Of a stretch of DNA of 53,162 bases, positions 9,119 through 18,747 are shown piece after piece. Made by a program: the position numbers and the translations under genes. The stretch's first letter is position 1; every line of letters starts with the position of its first letter. The notes under the pieces were generated by a model that was given only the letters and a program-made list of their open reading frames with translations, was not told where the DNA came from and ran no database searches. The stretch comes from an uncultured Methanosarcinales archaeon (GTDB taxonomy: Archaea > Nanobdellota > Nanobdellia > Woesearchaeales > CAYMBN01): positions 1-53,162 of the forward strand of contig CAYMBN010000010.1 of assembly GCA_964388715.1 (NCBI GenBank), given 5' to 3'.

Positions 9119-9754
9119 ATGCCAACTCATACTATATTTAAACAACCTAGAATGGCACCACTTAATCCTAGAATCTGGTCTTGTTATTTCAGAGTAAAGT
9201 ATAAAGAACTGTTTCATGGAAAACTATTCTATAAAACATTACACGAATGGCTTGATGAATATGAATGGGTAGATAATGAAACAGGAGTTGCAAAATATCA
9301 TGAAGACATTTATATAGATAGAACAGACCAATATGGTCTAAGAGAAATATGGATTTTTTGGCGTGTTAAACAAATACCACGCTACCTTAAGTCAAATAAA
9401 TACTATGAATACAAAATGGCAATTGATTTTCATTATGTTGCTTTAAAAGATGTAGAAATCATGCATGAAGGAAAAAAACTTAAAGTCAATAGTGGAGAAG
9501 TTGAAATGAAAGTTTGGCTATGGATAGAACTAGACTACAAAAAAATGTGGCAAAAAAGCAAAGTTATGAGAATATTTTCACAAATATTTCCTAGACGTAT
9601 ATTCAAAAATGAATTAAAAGCACACGAAAGAGAACTTTACCGACAAGGTCACGAATTACAAAAAGCAATGAAACAATTCTTTAGGTTAAAACACTTTGAT
9701 CCCACTGGTGATCTTGAACCATTCCATCCAAGTAGAGCTTATCACAAGTATTAA
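9119..9754 (+). CDS. Hypothetical protein
   Basis: Long open frame. Likely ATG 9119 (MPTHTIF) about 30 nt after TTTAAATA; aromatic-rich; no motif recognised. Confidence 0.7.
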   Translation: MPTHTIFKQPRMAPLNPRIWSCYFRVKYKELFHGKLFYKTLHEWLDEYEWVDNETGVAKYHEDIYIDRTDQYGLREIWIFWRVKQIPRYLKSNKYYEYKMAIDFHYVALKDVEIMHEGKKLKVNSGEVEMKVWLWIELDYKKMWQKSKVMRIFSQIFPRRIFKNELKAHERELYRQGHELQKAMKQFFRLKHFDPTGDLEPFHPSRAYHKY

Positions 9755-9766
9755 TCAAAAATTTTC

Positions 9767-9841
9767 TTTCGACTCCGTCGAAAACTTTTAGAAAAAGTAA
9801 AGCTTTTTCTAAACGGTTTAGGAAATTGAAAATTTCCTAAA
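9767..9841. repeat. Cluster of three REP-like palindromes
   Basis: TTTCGAC-TCC-GTCGAAA (9767-9783), TTTAGAAAAAG-TAAAG-CTTTTTCTAAA (9787-9813), TTTAGGAAATT-GAA-AATTTCCTAAA (9817-9841). Confidence 0.85.
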
Positions 9842-9873
9842 ACTATATAAATCTATAATTTATTCTTTTTTTT

Positions 9874-10569
9874 ATGGAATACAAACAAGCTCTACAAAAA
9901 GTTTTTGATGAAATTATACTACCTTCTTTGAGTGAAATATATAAACCACAAAATAATTTTTTTATTGTAGCCATTGTAGGTATGGGTGGAGCAGGAAAAA
10001 GTAGTGTAGCTGAAGTTCTAAGATTACATAATTTTGAAGACATTCGTTTTGGTGATATAACTGACGATGTTGTAAAAAAAGCTTGTGGATTATCAGGGAA
10101 AAAGTTTGAACTAACAGAAGACAATGAAAGACCAGCAAGAGAAGGTATTCGTGAAAGATTTGGAATGGACATTTATGCAAAACTAAATATTCCAAAGATC
10201 AGTGAATTTCTTAAAAAATCAAATGTAATTATAGATGGTTTATACAGTTGGGAGGAATACAAAACTCTTTCACATTATTATCAAGGAAGAATTGTATTTT
10301 TATCAATATGGTCACCTCCTGATGTTAGATATGCTAGACTTGAAAAAAGAAAAATAAGATCTCGACCAAGAGAAAAATCTATTAGTCGTGATTATGCTGA
10401 CATTGAAAACATACAAAAAGCAGGCCCAATTGCAATGGCAAGTTATATAATAGCAAACAGAGAAAACACTCTTAAAGAACAGCTTGATAAAAAAGTTTTT
10501 AGATTTTTACAGGTAATGCGTGAAAGAGAAGGTTTTGATATTAAACAGAAAAAGTTAGGAGATTTTTAA
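9874..10569 (+). CDS. P-loop kinase, archaeal dephospho-CoA-kinase-like
   Basis: IVAIVGMGGAGKSS, IRFGD, VIIDGLYSWEE, R..RD..D...I.KAGPIAMA. Confidence 0.75.
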   Translation: MEYKQALQKVFDEIILPSLSEIYKPQNNFFIVAIVGMGGAGKSSVAEVLRLHNFEDIRFGDITDDVVKKACGLSGKKFELTEDNERPAREGIRERFGMDIYAKLNIPKISEFLKKSNVIIDGLYSWEEYKTLSHYYQGRIVFLSIWSPPDVRYARLEKRKIRSRPREKSISRDYADIENIQKAGPIAMASYIIANRENTLKEQLDKKVFRFLQVMREREGFDIKQKKLGDF

Positions 10570-10794
10570 TATTTTTTCTTTACTTTTTAAGCCACTTGTA
10601 ATTCTAACTTTTCTCTTCAACTTCTTAGAAAAAAACTTCACAACTTCAATATTAGCTTTATTTTTCTCAGCAGGAGCTTTTACAGCTACTTTTAAAGCCC
10701 CTCTCCCTTCATCATAACCAATTACTTCATTCTTTTTAGAATTAGGTTTTACTAATATTCTCAAACAATTATCTTTTACATATTTATTAATCAT
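10555..10794 (-). CDS. DUF167 (YggU/UPF0235) family protein
   Basis: VKPNSKKNEV...LKVAVKAPAEKNKAN...ITSGLKSKEK. Confidence 0.9.
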   Translation of the reverse strand: MINKYVKDNCLRILVKPNSKKNEVIGYDEGRGALKVAVKAPAEKNKANIEVVKFFSKKLKRKVRITSGLKSKEKILKIS

Positions 10795-11102
10795 GAATAA
10801 TCTCGCCAGATATGTTTACATTTCTCACATTTAAGAAATTTAGTAGCAGGTTCATCAGATGCTCTTGTTTGTACTTCCCAAAAATAAGCTTTCTTGTGTT
10901 TACATTTTGGACATTCCGCTTCTGTGAGTGGATAAGCCTCAATTTCTTTATCAACAACATCTATTTTCTTTTCATCTTGTCCAACAATTTCTTTAATTTG
11001 TGCTTTTTCCATATTTTTATCTTTGCAACCACATCTTGGACAAACTAACATTTTCTTATCCTTTTTTGGCAACATTATTGAACCACATTTTTGACAAAAC
11101 AT
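10791..11102 (-). CDS. tfs: Transcription factor S (TFS, transcript cleavage factor)
   Basis: Two Zn ribbons (CQKC..CPRC and CPKC..CEKC) with the acidic hairpin QTRASDEP. Confidence 0.95.
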   Translation of the reverse strand: MFCQKCGSIMLPKKDKKMLVCPRCGCKDKNMEKAQIKEIVGQDEKKIDVVDKEIEAYPLTEAECPKCKHKKAYFWEVQTRASDEPATKFLKCEKCKHIWRDYS

Positions 11103-11106
11103 CTTC

Positions 11107-11922
11107 CTACCCCATTAAACCAATAAATTTCATTATTTCAACAAACCATATTTTTACATAACCCAAAAATGGTACTCTTAAAACAGCCTTTCCAATTAAT
11201 CTATCTTGACTAATCTTTTCTTCTAATATTCCACCATGGATACCATAGTTATGATCTCCTTTTGTCTGGAAGTAAATAATACCATTTTCATTATACTTTT
11301 TAACAACTCTGTGTATAATAGGATCACTTGTAACACTTCTGAAAACAATCACATCACCTATTTTTATATTTTCTGGTTTATAACCAAATAATACCATAAT
11401 ATCTCCTTTGTTAAATCCATTCTCTAGTGAAAAACTCTTAAACTTTTCAAAACTAATATTTTTTTCACTATACCATTCCCGTTGCAAACAAGGTCCTTTA
11501 ATACACATTGCACCTGAGTTCCACCATTGATCAAAATTACCATCATGTTCCATACTACTACTTACAACAGCAACAACAGGATATCCAGTATTAAACACTA
11601 AACCCAAACCAGGATAAACAATAAATTTTATAAGAATAAATGCAACAATAATATTAGCAATCCAACTCCAAATAGAATCGTCTTCCCAGATAAACCACCA
11701 AAACCACTTAAGCCATGATTGCAATTGAGCAAGTTTTTTAACATCCTTTTTTTCTTGTTTATTAATCTTTTTTTTATACTTTTCAAGTTTTTCCTCTTTT
11801 TTATTAATTTCTTTTATAATCTTACCCTCATCTCTAATTTTTTGTTTAAGTTCTTCCTTAATATTCTTAATTTTACTACTAATTACCTTCTCATTTTTCC
11901 TTACTTTATCTAACCCTTGCAT
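11107..11922 (-). CDS. sec11: Signal peptidase I, archaeal/ER-type (S26B), with N-terminal Lys-rich coiled coil
   Basis: TM helix, then VVSSSMEH (Ser), PIIHRV (His), KGDHN. Confidence 0.9.
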   Translation of the reverse strand: MQGLDKVRKNEKVISSKIKNIKEELKQKIRDEGKIIKEINKKEEKLEKYKKKINKQEKKDVKKLAQLQSWLKWFWWFIWEDDSIWSWIANIIVAFILIKFIVYPGLGLVFNTGYPVVAVVSSSMEHDGNFDQWWNSGAMCIKGPCLQREWYSEKNISFEKFKSFSLENGFNKGDIMVLFGYKPENIKIGDVIVFRSVTSDPIIHRVVKKYNENGIIYFQTKGDHNYGIHGGILEEKISQDRLIGKAVLRVPFLGYVKIWFVEIMKFIGLMG

Positions 11923-11976
11923 ACATTAACATAATAAGCAAAAGTATTAAAAAGCTTTTGGTTTTTTATCACTATA

Positions 11977-12699
11977 ATGAAATCAAAATCAAAAAAAATC
12001 AAATACTGTGTAAAATGTAACAAATTCCTTTTTAAGAATAAATGGGGCAAGAACAAAGATTTTGATGAACAATCAATTGAAAAAACAGTTTGTCCAAAAT
12101 GTTCCAAACAAGGTTCAAAATACTTTGAAGGAATTTTACAAGCAAGAAACATTGATAAAGAAATCAAAGAATTCATTGAATCACAAGTGATAAAACAACA
12201 TAATAAAGGAGTTTTTATCACAAAGAAAGTTAATCAAAAAAATGGTATTGATTATTATTTATCTTCAAAGAAATTCTTAGCTTCCATAAGCAAAAAACTA
12301 ATTGCTTCGTTTGGTGGTATAATCAAATCCAATGCAAAATTATTTAGCAGAAACAAACAAACAAGCAAAGACATATTTCGTGTAAATGTTTTATACCAAG
12401 CACCAGAATTCAAAAAACATGACATAATTAAAATAAACAACCATCTCCTAAAAATAACAAACATTAGCAAAAAGATAAGTGGTATTGATCTAAAAACAGG
12501 TAAAAAAGCAAGTTTCATATATAAAAAATCAAACCCAATAAAATTAGAAAAACACAAAACAATTGTTTCAAAGATTAAACCACATATAGAAGTTCTTGAT
12601 CCAATTACATATCAGTCAACCAAAGTAGAAAATAAAGCCAAAGTTAAACCTAATCAAAAAGTTTCCGTTGTTATAGACAAAGGTATTTTTATAATTTAA
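11977..12699 (+). CDS. nmd3: NMD3 family ribosome-biogenesis protein
   Basis: CVKC, CPKCSK..SKYFEGILQAR, GIDYYLSS, KLFSRNKQTSKDIFRV, C-terminal VLDPITYQ. Confidence 0.88.
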   Translation: MKSKSKKIKYCVKCNKFLFKNKWGKNKDFDEQSIEKTVCPKCSKQGSKYFEGILQARNIDKEIKEFIESQVIKQHNKGVFITKKVNQKNGIDYYLSSKKFLASISKKLIASFGGIIKSNAKLFSRNKQTSKDIFRVNVLYQAPEFKKHDIIKINNHLLKITNISKKISGIDLKTGKKASFIYKKSNPIKLEKHKTIVSKIKPHIEVLDPITYQSTKVENKAKVKPNQKVSVVIDKGIFII

Positions 12700-13318
12700 G
12701 TTTAAGTAATATCTTTAACAATTTCTTATCTTTTATAATCACTAAATTAAGTTCCTTAAGAATTCTATCAACATCAAAAATAAGCTTATTTACTTTTTCA
12801 ATATTGTCAACAATCTTTTTATTCAATTTAATCTTTTTCAAATAAAAAAATACCCTTTCCAATGCCTTTTTTGAATTTTCAATTTCATCCCACTCATATT
12901 TAACAAGTGTAATCTGTTTTGCTTCCCCTTTAAACAACTTTCCTAATATTCCTTTTACTCCTGGCTCAGAAAATCTCAGATGCAACTTAATCTTTGTTAA
13001 ATCTCTATCCTCACCTTGCACATATTTATTAAGTGTTTCAGCAATATTAAGTGCAATAGCAAGGTTATGTTCAATATCATATAAAAGTTCTAATATTATA
13101 TTATAAGTATACAAATCTTTCTTAATTACTTTAACTTTATTTAAACTCCTAATAGTATTTACTAATAACTGTAAATTTTCATCTAATCTTACAATTTCTT
13201 GTTCAAGAAATTTTTTCTTTTGAATATCAATTTTTACAAACCGTTGCAATTTAATCTTTCTTTTTTCAAGTTCACCTTTATGCTTTCTTTCCACTTCACT
13301 AAAATCTTTATACCTCAT
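12689..13318 (-). CDS. Hypothetical helical protein
   Basis: 209-aa ORF coupled to the upstream membrane protein by an ATGA-type overlap; no motif recognised. Confidence 0.6.
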   Translation of the reverse strand: MRYKDFSEVERKHKGELEKRKIKLQRFVKIDIQKKKFLEQEIVRLDENLQLLVNTIRSLNKVKVIKKDLYTYNIILELLYDIEHNLAIALNIAETLNKYVQGEDRDLTKIKLHLRFSEPGVKGILGKLFKGEAKQITLVKYEWDEIENSKKALERVFFYLKKIKLNKKIVDNIEKVNKLIFDVDRILKELNLVIIKDKKLLKILLKLKL

Positions 13319-13902
13319 ATTTTAAGACCTCCTAAATCAAACGAATCCTTTGTTTTAGAACTTTCTCCTAATCCAAGATCATTAGATTCAGATCCTTCGG
13401 CTTCTGGTAAAAATCTCCTAATCAATGCAAAAATTCCTACAATAATTGGATAGAGAATAACTAAATCAAGTATAACCCACCATGTTAATATTAATGAACC
13501 ATAGGCCCAAAGTACAGCTACTGTTGATAAAAAGTATATTGGACTTGGATCAGCTAGTAAAAAAGTTGTTTTTGCACTAAACTTGTGCTTAAAAGTAACA
13601 ATTGTTACAAATAACCCATAAATCATTATCAATAACACAGCAATAAACTTTGCCCATGTAAAATTTTCTCTTGAATTTTCAAAAAGAAACTTCATCAAAG
13701 CAATAGTTATCCATGTCAAACTGATTCCATTTCCAAGTGCAGTATTCCAACCAAGCTTTTCATTTTTATATCTTCCAAAATAAAGTTCTAACATTATCCA
13801 CAGAATAATAACAGGAGTTAAAACCCACCAAACACTTAAATCTACAAAAGGAGCTTTTAATATTGCTTTAAACGCTTCCCACATACTTACCCATATCACC
13901 AT
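13315..13902 (-). CDS. Hypothetical multi-pass membrane protein
   Basis: About 5 hydrophobic segments; LGWNTALGNG motif. Confidence 0.75.
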   Translation of the reverse strand: MVIWVSMWEAFKAILKAPFVDLSVWWVLTPVIILWIMLELYFGRYKNEKLGWNTALGNGISLTWITIALMKFLFENSRENFTWAKFIAVLLIMIYGLFVTIVTFKHKFSAKTTFLLADPSPIYFLSTVAVLWAYGSLILTWWVILDLVILYPIIVGIFALIRRFLPEAEGSESNDLGLGESSKTKDSFDLGGLKI

Positions 13903-13953
13903 CTTACATAAATTTATAACCTTTTGGTTAATAAACTTTATGTTTTTTTATAT

Positions 13954-14076
13954 TTGCATAGTGTCTGTACCACCTTTTTGTAAAAAACAAATATTCATAT
14001 TGTAAAACAATAATATCAAAAACCCTAAAGCAAAAGATTGAGTTTTTGTGTTTTTTACAGGTACGGCACTATGCAA
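13954..14076. other. Structured intergenic element (candidate ncRNA or MITE)
   Basis: Ends pair (TTGCATAGTG/CACTATGCAA, GTACC/GGTAC, TGTAAAAAACA/TGTTTTTTACA), enclosing two inner hairpins. Confidence 0.5.
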
Positions 14077-15096
14077 TTATGTTTTTTCTCTTCTTTCTCT
14101 TTTATACTCTTCAACAACTTTTCCAAGAATATTATGTTTTTTAATCTCTTTTTCAAAATCTTTTCTGTTAATTATAATTAAATCATTTGTTTCTTTTGCT
14201 TTTAACTTTTCAATTATTTTTTTGTTTATCTTACCAATTCCCTTAACGAGATATTCAACTTTTCCATGTGTTTTTAATTTTTGTACAATTAAAATATTGT
14301 TTATATTTGAAAAAATATACTTCAACAATTCGTTCAACCTTTTAATCTCTTTTTGCTGAAACTTAATCTGTTTAGCTAAAAATTGTATATTCTGTTCCTT
14401 ATACCTTAACTTATTCTTAACATTATTATCCTGCATTATCTTAACTTCTTTTTTAACAGGCCTTTTTTTCAACTTATTAACATAATTTTTTAACAATACA
14501 TTTTCTTTTTTCAAATTTCTAAACTTTTCATATAACTTAAAAAAATCATATTCACTATGTTCATTCTTTATTACTTTTTTAATAATCTTAACTTCTTCTT
14601 TCTCAGGCTCTTCAATAATTTGTACAGCAGTTTTTATAGGAATACTATTAAACAAAACAATTTTAATAATTTCATCCAAAATCTTCTGCTTTCCATTTTT
14701 CTCAACAAAATGTTTTATTTTATTCAATAAAGATTCATATTTTTTATATGCAAATAATGCAGAAGCAAGTGCATCTCTTTGATGATCATCATTAAACTCA
14801 TACTCAGAAGTTATCAAATTCTTATCTCTAACCAATATATCCTTTTTAGGTTCAAATAACTTTGCACCAAACTGTGTTGTAAATTTATAAACTATTTCAG
14901 GAGACTTACATTTATCAGCACCAACAATTATGGGTGTACCATATTCAGTTACAATCTTAATCAACGAATTAAGATCAAAGTGCAATTTTGAACCTATCTT
15001 AACAACATTCAAATTAATATCAAGAAAAGCATAACCTACAGTAATACCCGGATCAATACCAACTATGAGCAATGGCTTTCTTATCATTTGACTCAC
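14077..15096 (-). CDS. DUF460 family protein (RNase H-like fold plus coiled coil)
   Basis: IVGIDPGITVGYA, IIVGAD, DDHQRDALASA. Confidence 0.85.
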   Translation of the reverse strand: MSQMIRKPLLIVGIDPGITVGYAFLDINLNVVKIGSKLHFDLNSLIKIVTEYGTPIIVGADKCKSPEIVYKFTTQFGAKLFEPKKDILVRDKNLITSEYEFNDDHQRDALASALFAYKKYESLLNKIKHFVEKNGKQKILDEIIKIVLFNSIPIKTAVQIIEEPEKEEVKIIKKVIKNEHSEYDFFKLYEKFRNLKKENVLLKNYVNKLKKRPVKKEVKIMQDNNVKNKLRYKEQNIQFLAKQIKFQQKEIKRLNELLKYIFSNINNILIVQKLKTHGKVEYLVKGIGKINKKIIEKLKAKETNDLIIINRKDFEKEIKKHNILGKVVEEYKRERREKT

Positions 15097-15144
15097 CTAT
15101 ACCACTATAATATAAAAACTTTTAGAAAGATTATTTATAAACCA

Positions 15145-15167
15145 TTTAGAAAACCATGTTTTCTAAA
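15145..15167. repeat. REP-like palindrome (triloop family)
   Basis: TTTAGAAAAC-CAT-GTTTTCTAAA, flanked by half-copies TTTAGAAA at 15121 and 15171. Confidence 0.8.
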
Positions 15168-15213
15168 AACTTTAGAAAACATTTAAAAATAAAGACATCT
15201 CATTCTTTTTCAT

Positions 15214-18200
15214 ATGAGAGTAAGAGGTGTTTTGGTACTGTTTTTAATAGTATTATTAGTTTTAACTATTTCTACAGCAGAAACCAACTCAAACATCAAA
15301 GTAGAAGACCAAGTTATTGAAAAACTAAATGATCAAGATCAAGTATCAGTAATAGTCTTTCTTAAAGATGAACCAATTAAAGAAGATAGAAGAATTAGAG
15401 CAATAAACATAGAAAGAATAAACCATGAACAAAGAAAACAACTTGCAGAACAAAGAAAACAACAGATCAAACAAACACAGGATTCAGTATTAATTGACTT
15501 AGAAAAAACAAAACAAAAAAGAAGATTTTTAGGAATACAAATCGCTAAAAAAGAAGCTGATTACAAATTAAAACACAAATATTCTAATATAAATGCAATT
15601 TCTATTAAAGGCGATAAAGAAACAATAGAAAAATTAAAAGATAATCCTGATGTTAAAAAAATTGTACTAAATAAACAAGTTCATATTGCTATGCAAGAAT
15701 CAAATTCTATTATTAAATCAGATCAAGTATGGCCATTACAAACCAACTTAATTAATCTAACAGGTTCAACTAAAACAGTTTGTGTAATAGATACTGGCAC
15801 CAATTACAGTCATGCATCTTTAGCAGATGCATATTTAGGCGGCTATGATTTCGCAGATGACGATGATGATCCAATGGATGATAATGGTCATGGTACACAC
15901 TGTGCAGCAATAGTAGCTTCTAGAAACAGTACTTATCCAGGAGTTGCTCCTGGTGCAAACATTGTTGCACTAAGAGCACTAAAAGATCTTGATGGGATAC
16001 CAGGTGGTTCAGCATCAGGCTCTGAAGCAGATGTTGTTGCAGCAATTGATTGGTGCATTGACAACTCAAGCAAATATAATATTTCAGTAATCAGCATGAG
16101 TCTTAGTGATAGTGTTGAATATACTAGTGCTAATTGTCCAAGCACTTATAATGAAATTATCGCTGCTGCAACTGCACAAAATATAATGGTAGTTGCTGCA
16201 ACTGGTAATGAAGCTTATAGCAGTGGAACCTCAGCACCAGCATGTACACCAAATGTTACAGGTGTTGGAGCTACATATGATGCAAACCATGGTTCACTTG
16301 GTTTTTCATCTTGTACTGACAGCACAACAGCACTAGATAAACTAACATGTTTTACCAATCTAGGTGATACAGCAGATCTTCTCGCACCAGGTTCAAGAAT
16401 AATGGCAGCAGATATTGCCACAGGTTATGTTAATAAAGATGGTACATCAATGTCAACACCAATGGTCGCAGGAGCAGTTACACTAATTCAACAATATTAT
16501 GATTTACTTTTCAACCAAAACGCTACTCCACAACAAATTGAAACCATACTAAACACAACAGGTAAAAACATAACACGTGGTGCACACACTTTAACAAGAA
16601 TCAACATTCTTAATGCAATAATTTCTATTGATAACCAAACACCAACCTACACAATAAACTCACCCACTACCATAAATCAAACAACTAACTACAATTACCT
16701 AACAATAAACCTCAGTTTCAATGAAAAAATCAATTACACTTTTGAATGGAATACAACAAATGAATCCTCTGCAAATTCATCCTCTTTTTCAACATCAAAA
16801 ACAGCTCTTTCAAAAGGCAATTACTCATACAAAATTTATTTGAAAGATATTGCAAACAACACAAATATTTCTTCTGCCTGGATTTACATAAACAATTCAG
16901 AACCAAACATAACCTCTTACACTCCAGCAAATCAAAACCCATCAGTCGCAGAAAACTCTTCAATATTATTCAATCACACTTCAAATGACATTGAACAACC
17001 TTCCTTAAATTATCAATGGTTACTAAACAACTCACAACAATCCACAAACCAATCCTGGCTTTATCAACCAGATTTTGACGCAGCAGGTTTCTACAATATT
17101 ACTCTAATTGTTATCGACAACTTCTTAAACACTTCAACATCATGGAGCCTTACTGTTAACAACACAAACAGAGCTCCGATAATTAATTCAACTAATACAA
17201 CACAAACAATCAACGAATCAGATATACTTTACCTCAGCTTTAATGCATCTGATGCAGATAGTGACTCATTAACATATTACATCCACAAAGATAACACTCT
17301 TGTATCAAGCAACAATACTTATAATTGGACAACCAATTATTCTGATTCAGGAACATATACCTTTATCTTTTTTGCAAATGACAGCAACAATGCAAGTATT
17401 AACTACTCATTCAATCTTACAATTCTCAATGTAAACCAAGCACCAATTTTACAAAACATATCCAACATAACAATCAACGAATCAGACAATCTTACAATAA
17501 CTCTTAATGCAAGTGACTTTGACCAAGACAACCTTACCTACTTCATAAACAACACAGAATTTACCCAAAACAATAACACATTCACATGGCAAACCACCAT
17601 ACTTAATAGCGGAGAATATTATTTTAATGTAACAGCCTCAGATGGCTCACTTAATTCATCAATACTTGTATACGCTTTAATCATTGATACAGAAGATACT
17701 GATAATGACGGCATAAACAACACACAAGACAATCTTATAGGTAACATAAACTCAATTCAAACATTAGTTACAAATTTAACTATATACATCAATTCTTCTG
17801 ACAATGTTACTAAATCATTCAATCAAATAGAATATGTTCAACTAAAAAGAAATAATATAACACTAATTGAATTCAGCTTCAACTTCAGTAATAAACTAAA
17901 CCTTTCTAATATTACATTTGATACACAAACAACTAACACAACAGCTAATTACGTTTTAGTAAAAAATCTTAATCTACAATCAGGAACTACTAAAAATTTC
18001 ACTCTAACAAAATATGTTTTCACAACAAACGCTCTTTGTATCAAAGATGCTGAAATAGATTCTATAAACAATATAAGTTCAGCTTGTGATCAAAGTGGAG
18101 AAACAAGATTATCTTGTCCAGGCACTTCTGGCCAATACACTTGCACTTTTAATAATTCAGTTTACAAAGTAACTGGCCTGACACATAGTGGTGCAAAAGA

Positions 18201-18747
18201 AATCTGTGTTGAATCATGGTCATGCAATTCTTGGACAGCTTGTTCAGGAAGCTCTCAAAGTAGAACTTGTACTGACGCAAACAGCTGTGGAACAACCTAT
18301 GATAAACCTTCTGTAACCCAATCTTGCACTGTGACCACAAATAATGGTAACACAGGAGGAGGTGGAGGCGGTGGTGGTGGAGGTATTGCAAGTGCCACAA
18401 CCACATCAACTTGCACAGAAAAATGGAATTGTACTAACTGGTCTAAAGATAATTGCGGAACAAGAACATGTACAGATCAAAACAATTGTGACACTACCAA
18501 AAACAAACCATTAGAAACACAAACCTGTAAACAAGATTCAGAACAAAAAAATATAAATACAAGTTCCCAACTTAATCAAGAAGAAGAACAAGATCAATCA
18601 ATGGCTATGGTTACAGCACAACCAATTGTTGATATATTAACTTCACCTATTAAAAAGAAATTTGGTATTGCTATCATTATTGGTATCTTTGTAATAACTG
18701 TTTTATCACTTATAATCTTTGAATATGAGAAGAGGCACAAAAAATGA
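15214..18747 (+). CDS. Membrane-anchored S8 subtilisin-like serine protease with Ig/PKD-like repeats and Cys-rich repeats
   Basis: Signal peptide, propeptide, triad VIDTG / HGTHCA / GTSMSTP, NxAP-initiated beta repeats, two CxExWxC..RTCTDxNxC repeats, Gly linker, C-terminal TM plus KRHKK. Confidence 0.93.
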   Translation: MRVRGVLVLFLIVLLVLTISTAETNSNIKVEDQVIEKLNDQDQVSVIVFLKDEPIKEDRRIRAINIERINHEQRKQLAEQRKQQIKQTQDSVLIDLEKTKQKRRFLGIQIAKKEADYKLKHKYSNINAISIKGDKETIEKLKDNPDVKKIVLNKQVHIAMQESNSIIKSDQVWPLQTNLINLTGSTKTVCVIDTGTNYSHASLADAYLGGYDFADDDDDPMDDNGHGTHCAAIVASRNSTYPGVAPGANIVALRALKDLDGIPGGSASGSEADVVAAIDWCIDNSSKYNISVISMSLSDSVEYTSANCPSTYNEIIAAATAQNIMVVAATGNEAYSSGTSAPACTPNVTGVGATYDANHGSLGFSSCTDSTTALDKLTCFTNLGDTADLLAPGSRIMAADIATGYVNKDGTSMSTPMVAGAVTLIQQYYDLLFNQNATPQQIETILNTTGKNITRGAHTLTRINILNAIISIDNQTPTYTINSPTTINQTTNYNYLTINLSFNEKINYTFEWNTTNESSANSSSFSTSKTALSKGNYSYKIYLKDIANNTNISSAWIYINNSEPNITSYTPANQNPSVAENSSILFNHTSNDIEQPSLNYQWLLNNSQQSTNQSWLYQPDFDAAGFYNITLIVIDNFLNTSTSWSLTVNNTNRAPIINSTNTTQTINESDILYLSFNASDADSDSLTYYIHKDNTLVSSNNTYNWTTNYSDSGTYTFIFFANDSNNASINYSFNLTILNVNQAPILQNISNITINESDNLTITLNASDFDQDNLTYFINNTEFTQNNNTFTWQTTILNSGEYYFNVTASDGSLNSSILVYALIIDTEDTDNDGINNTQDNLIGNINSIQTLVTNLTIYINSSDNVTKSFNQIEYVQLKRNNITLIEFSFNFSNKLNLSNITFDTQTTNTTANYVLVKNLNLQSGTTKNFTLTKYVFTTNALCIKDAEIDSINNISSACDQSGETRLSCPGTSGQYTCTFNNSVYKVTGLTHSGAKEICVESWSCNSWTACSGSSQSRTCTDANSCGTTYDKPSVTQSCTVTTNNGNTGGGGGGGGGGIASATTTSTCTEKWNCTNWSKDNCGTRTCTDQNNCDTTKNKPLETQTCKQDSEQKNINTSSQLNQEEEQDQSMAMVTAQPIVDILTSPIKKKFGIAIIIGIFVITVLSLIIFEYEKRHKK

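Noticed and set aside
13954..14076. 5S rRNA, SRP RNA or C/D guide identity for the structured element
   Set aside because: Size and three-way junction fit, but there is no CGAAC loop, no helix-8 CAGG/AGCA with GNRA loop, and no C/D boxes.
18353..18384. GGN trinucleotide run
   Set aside because: Encodes an ordinary poly-Gly linker in the S8 protease.
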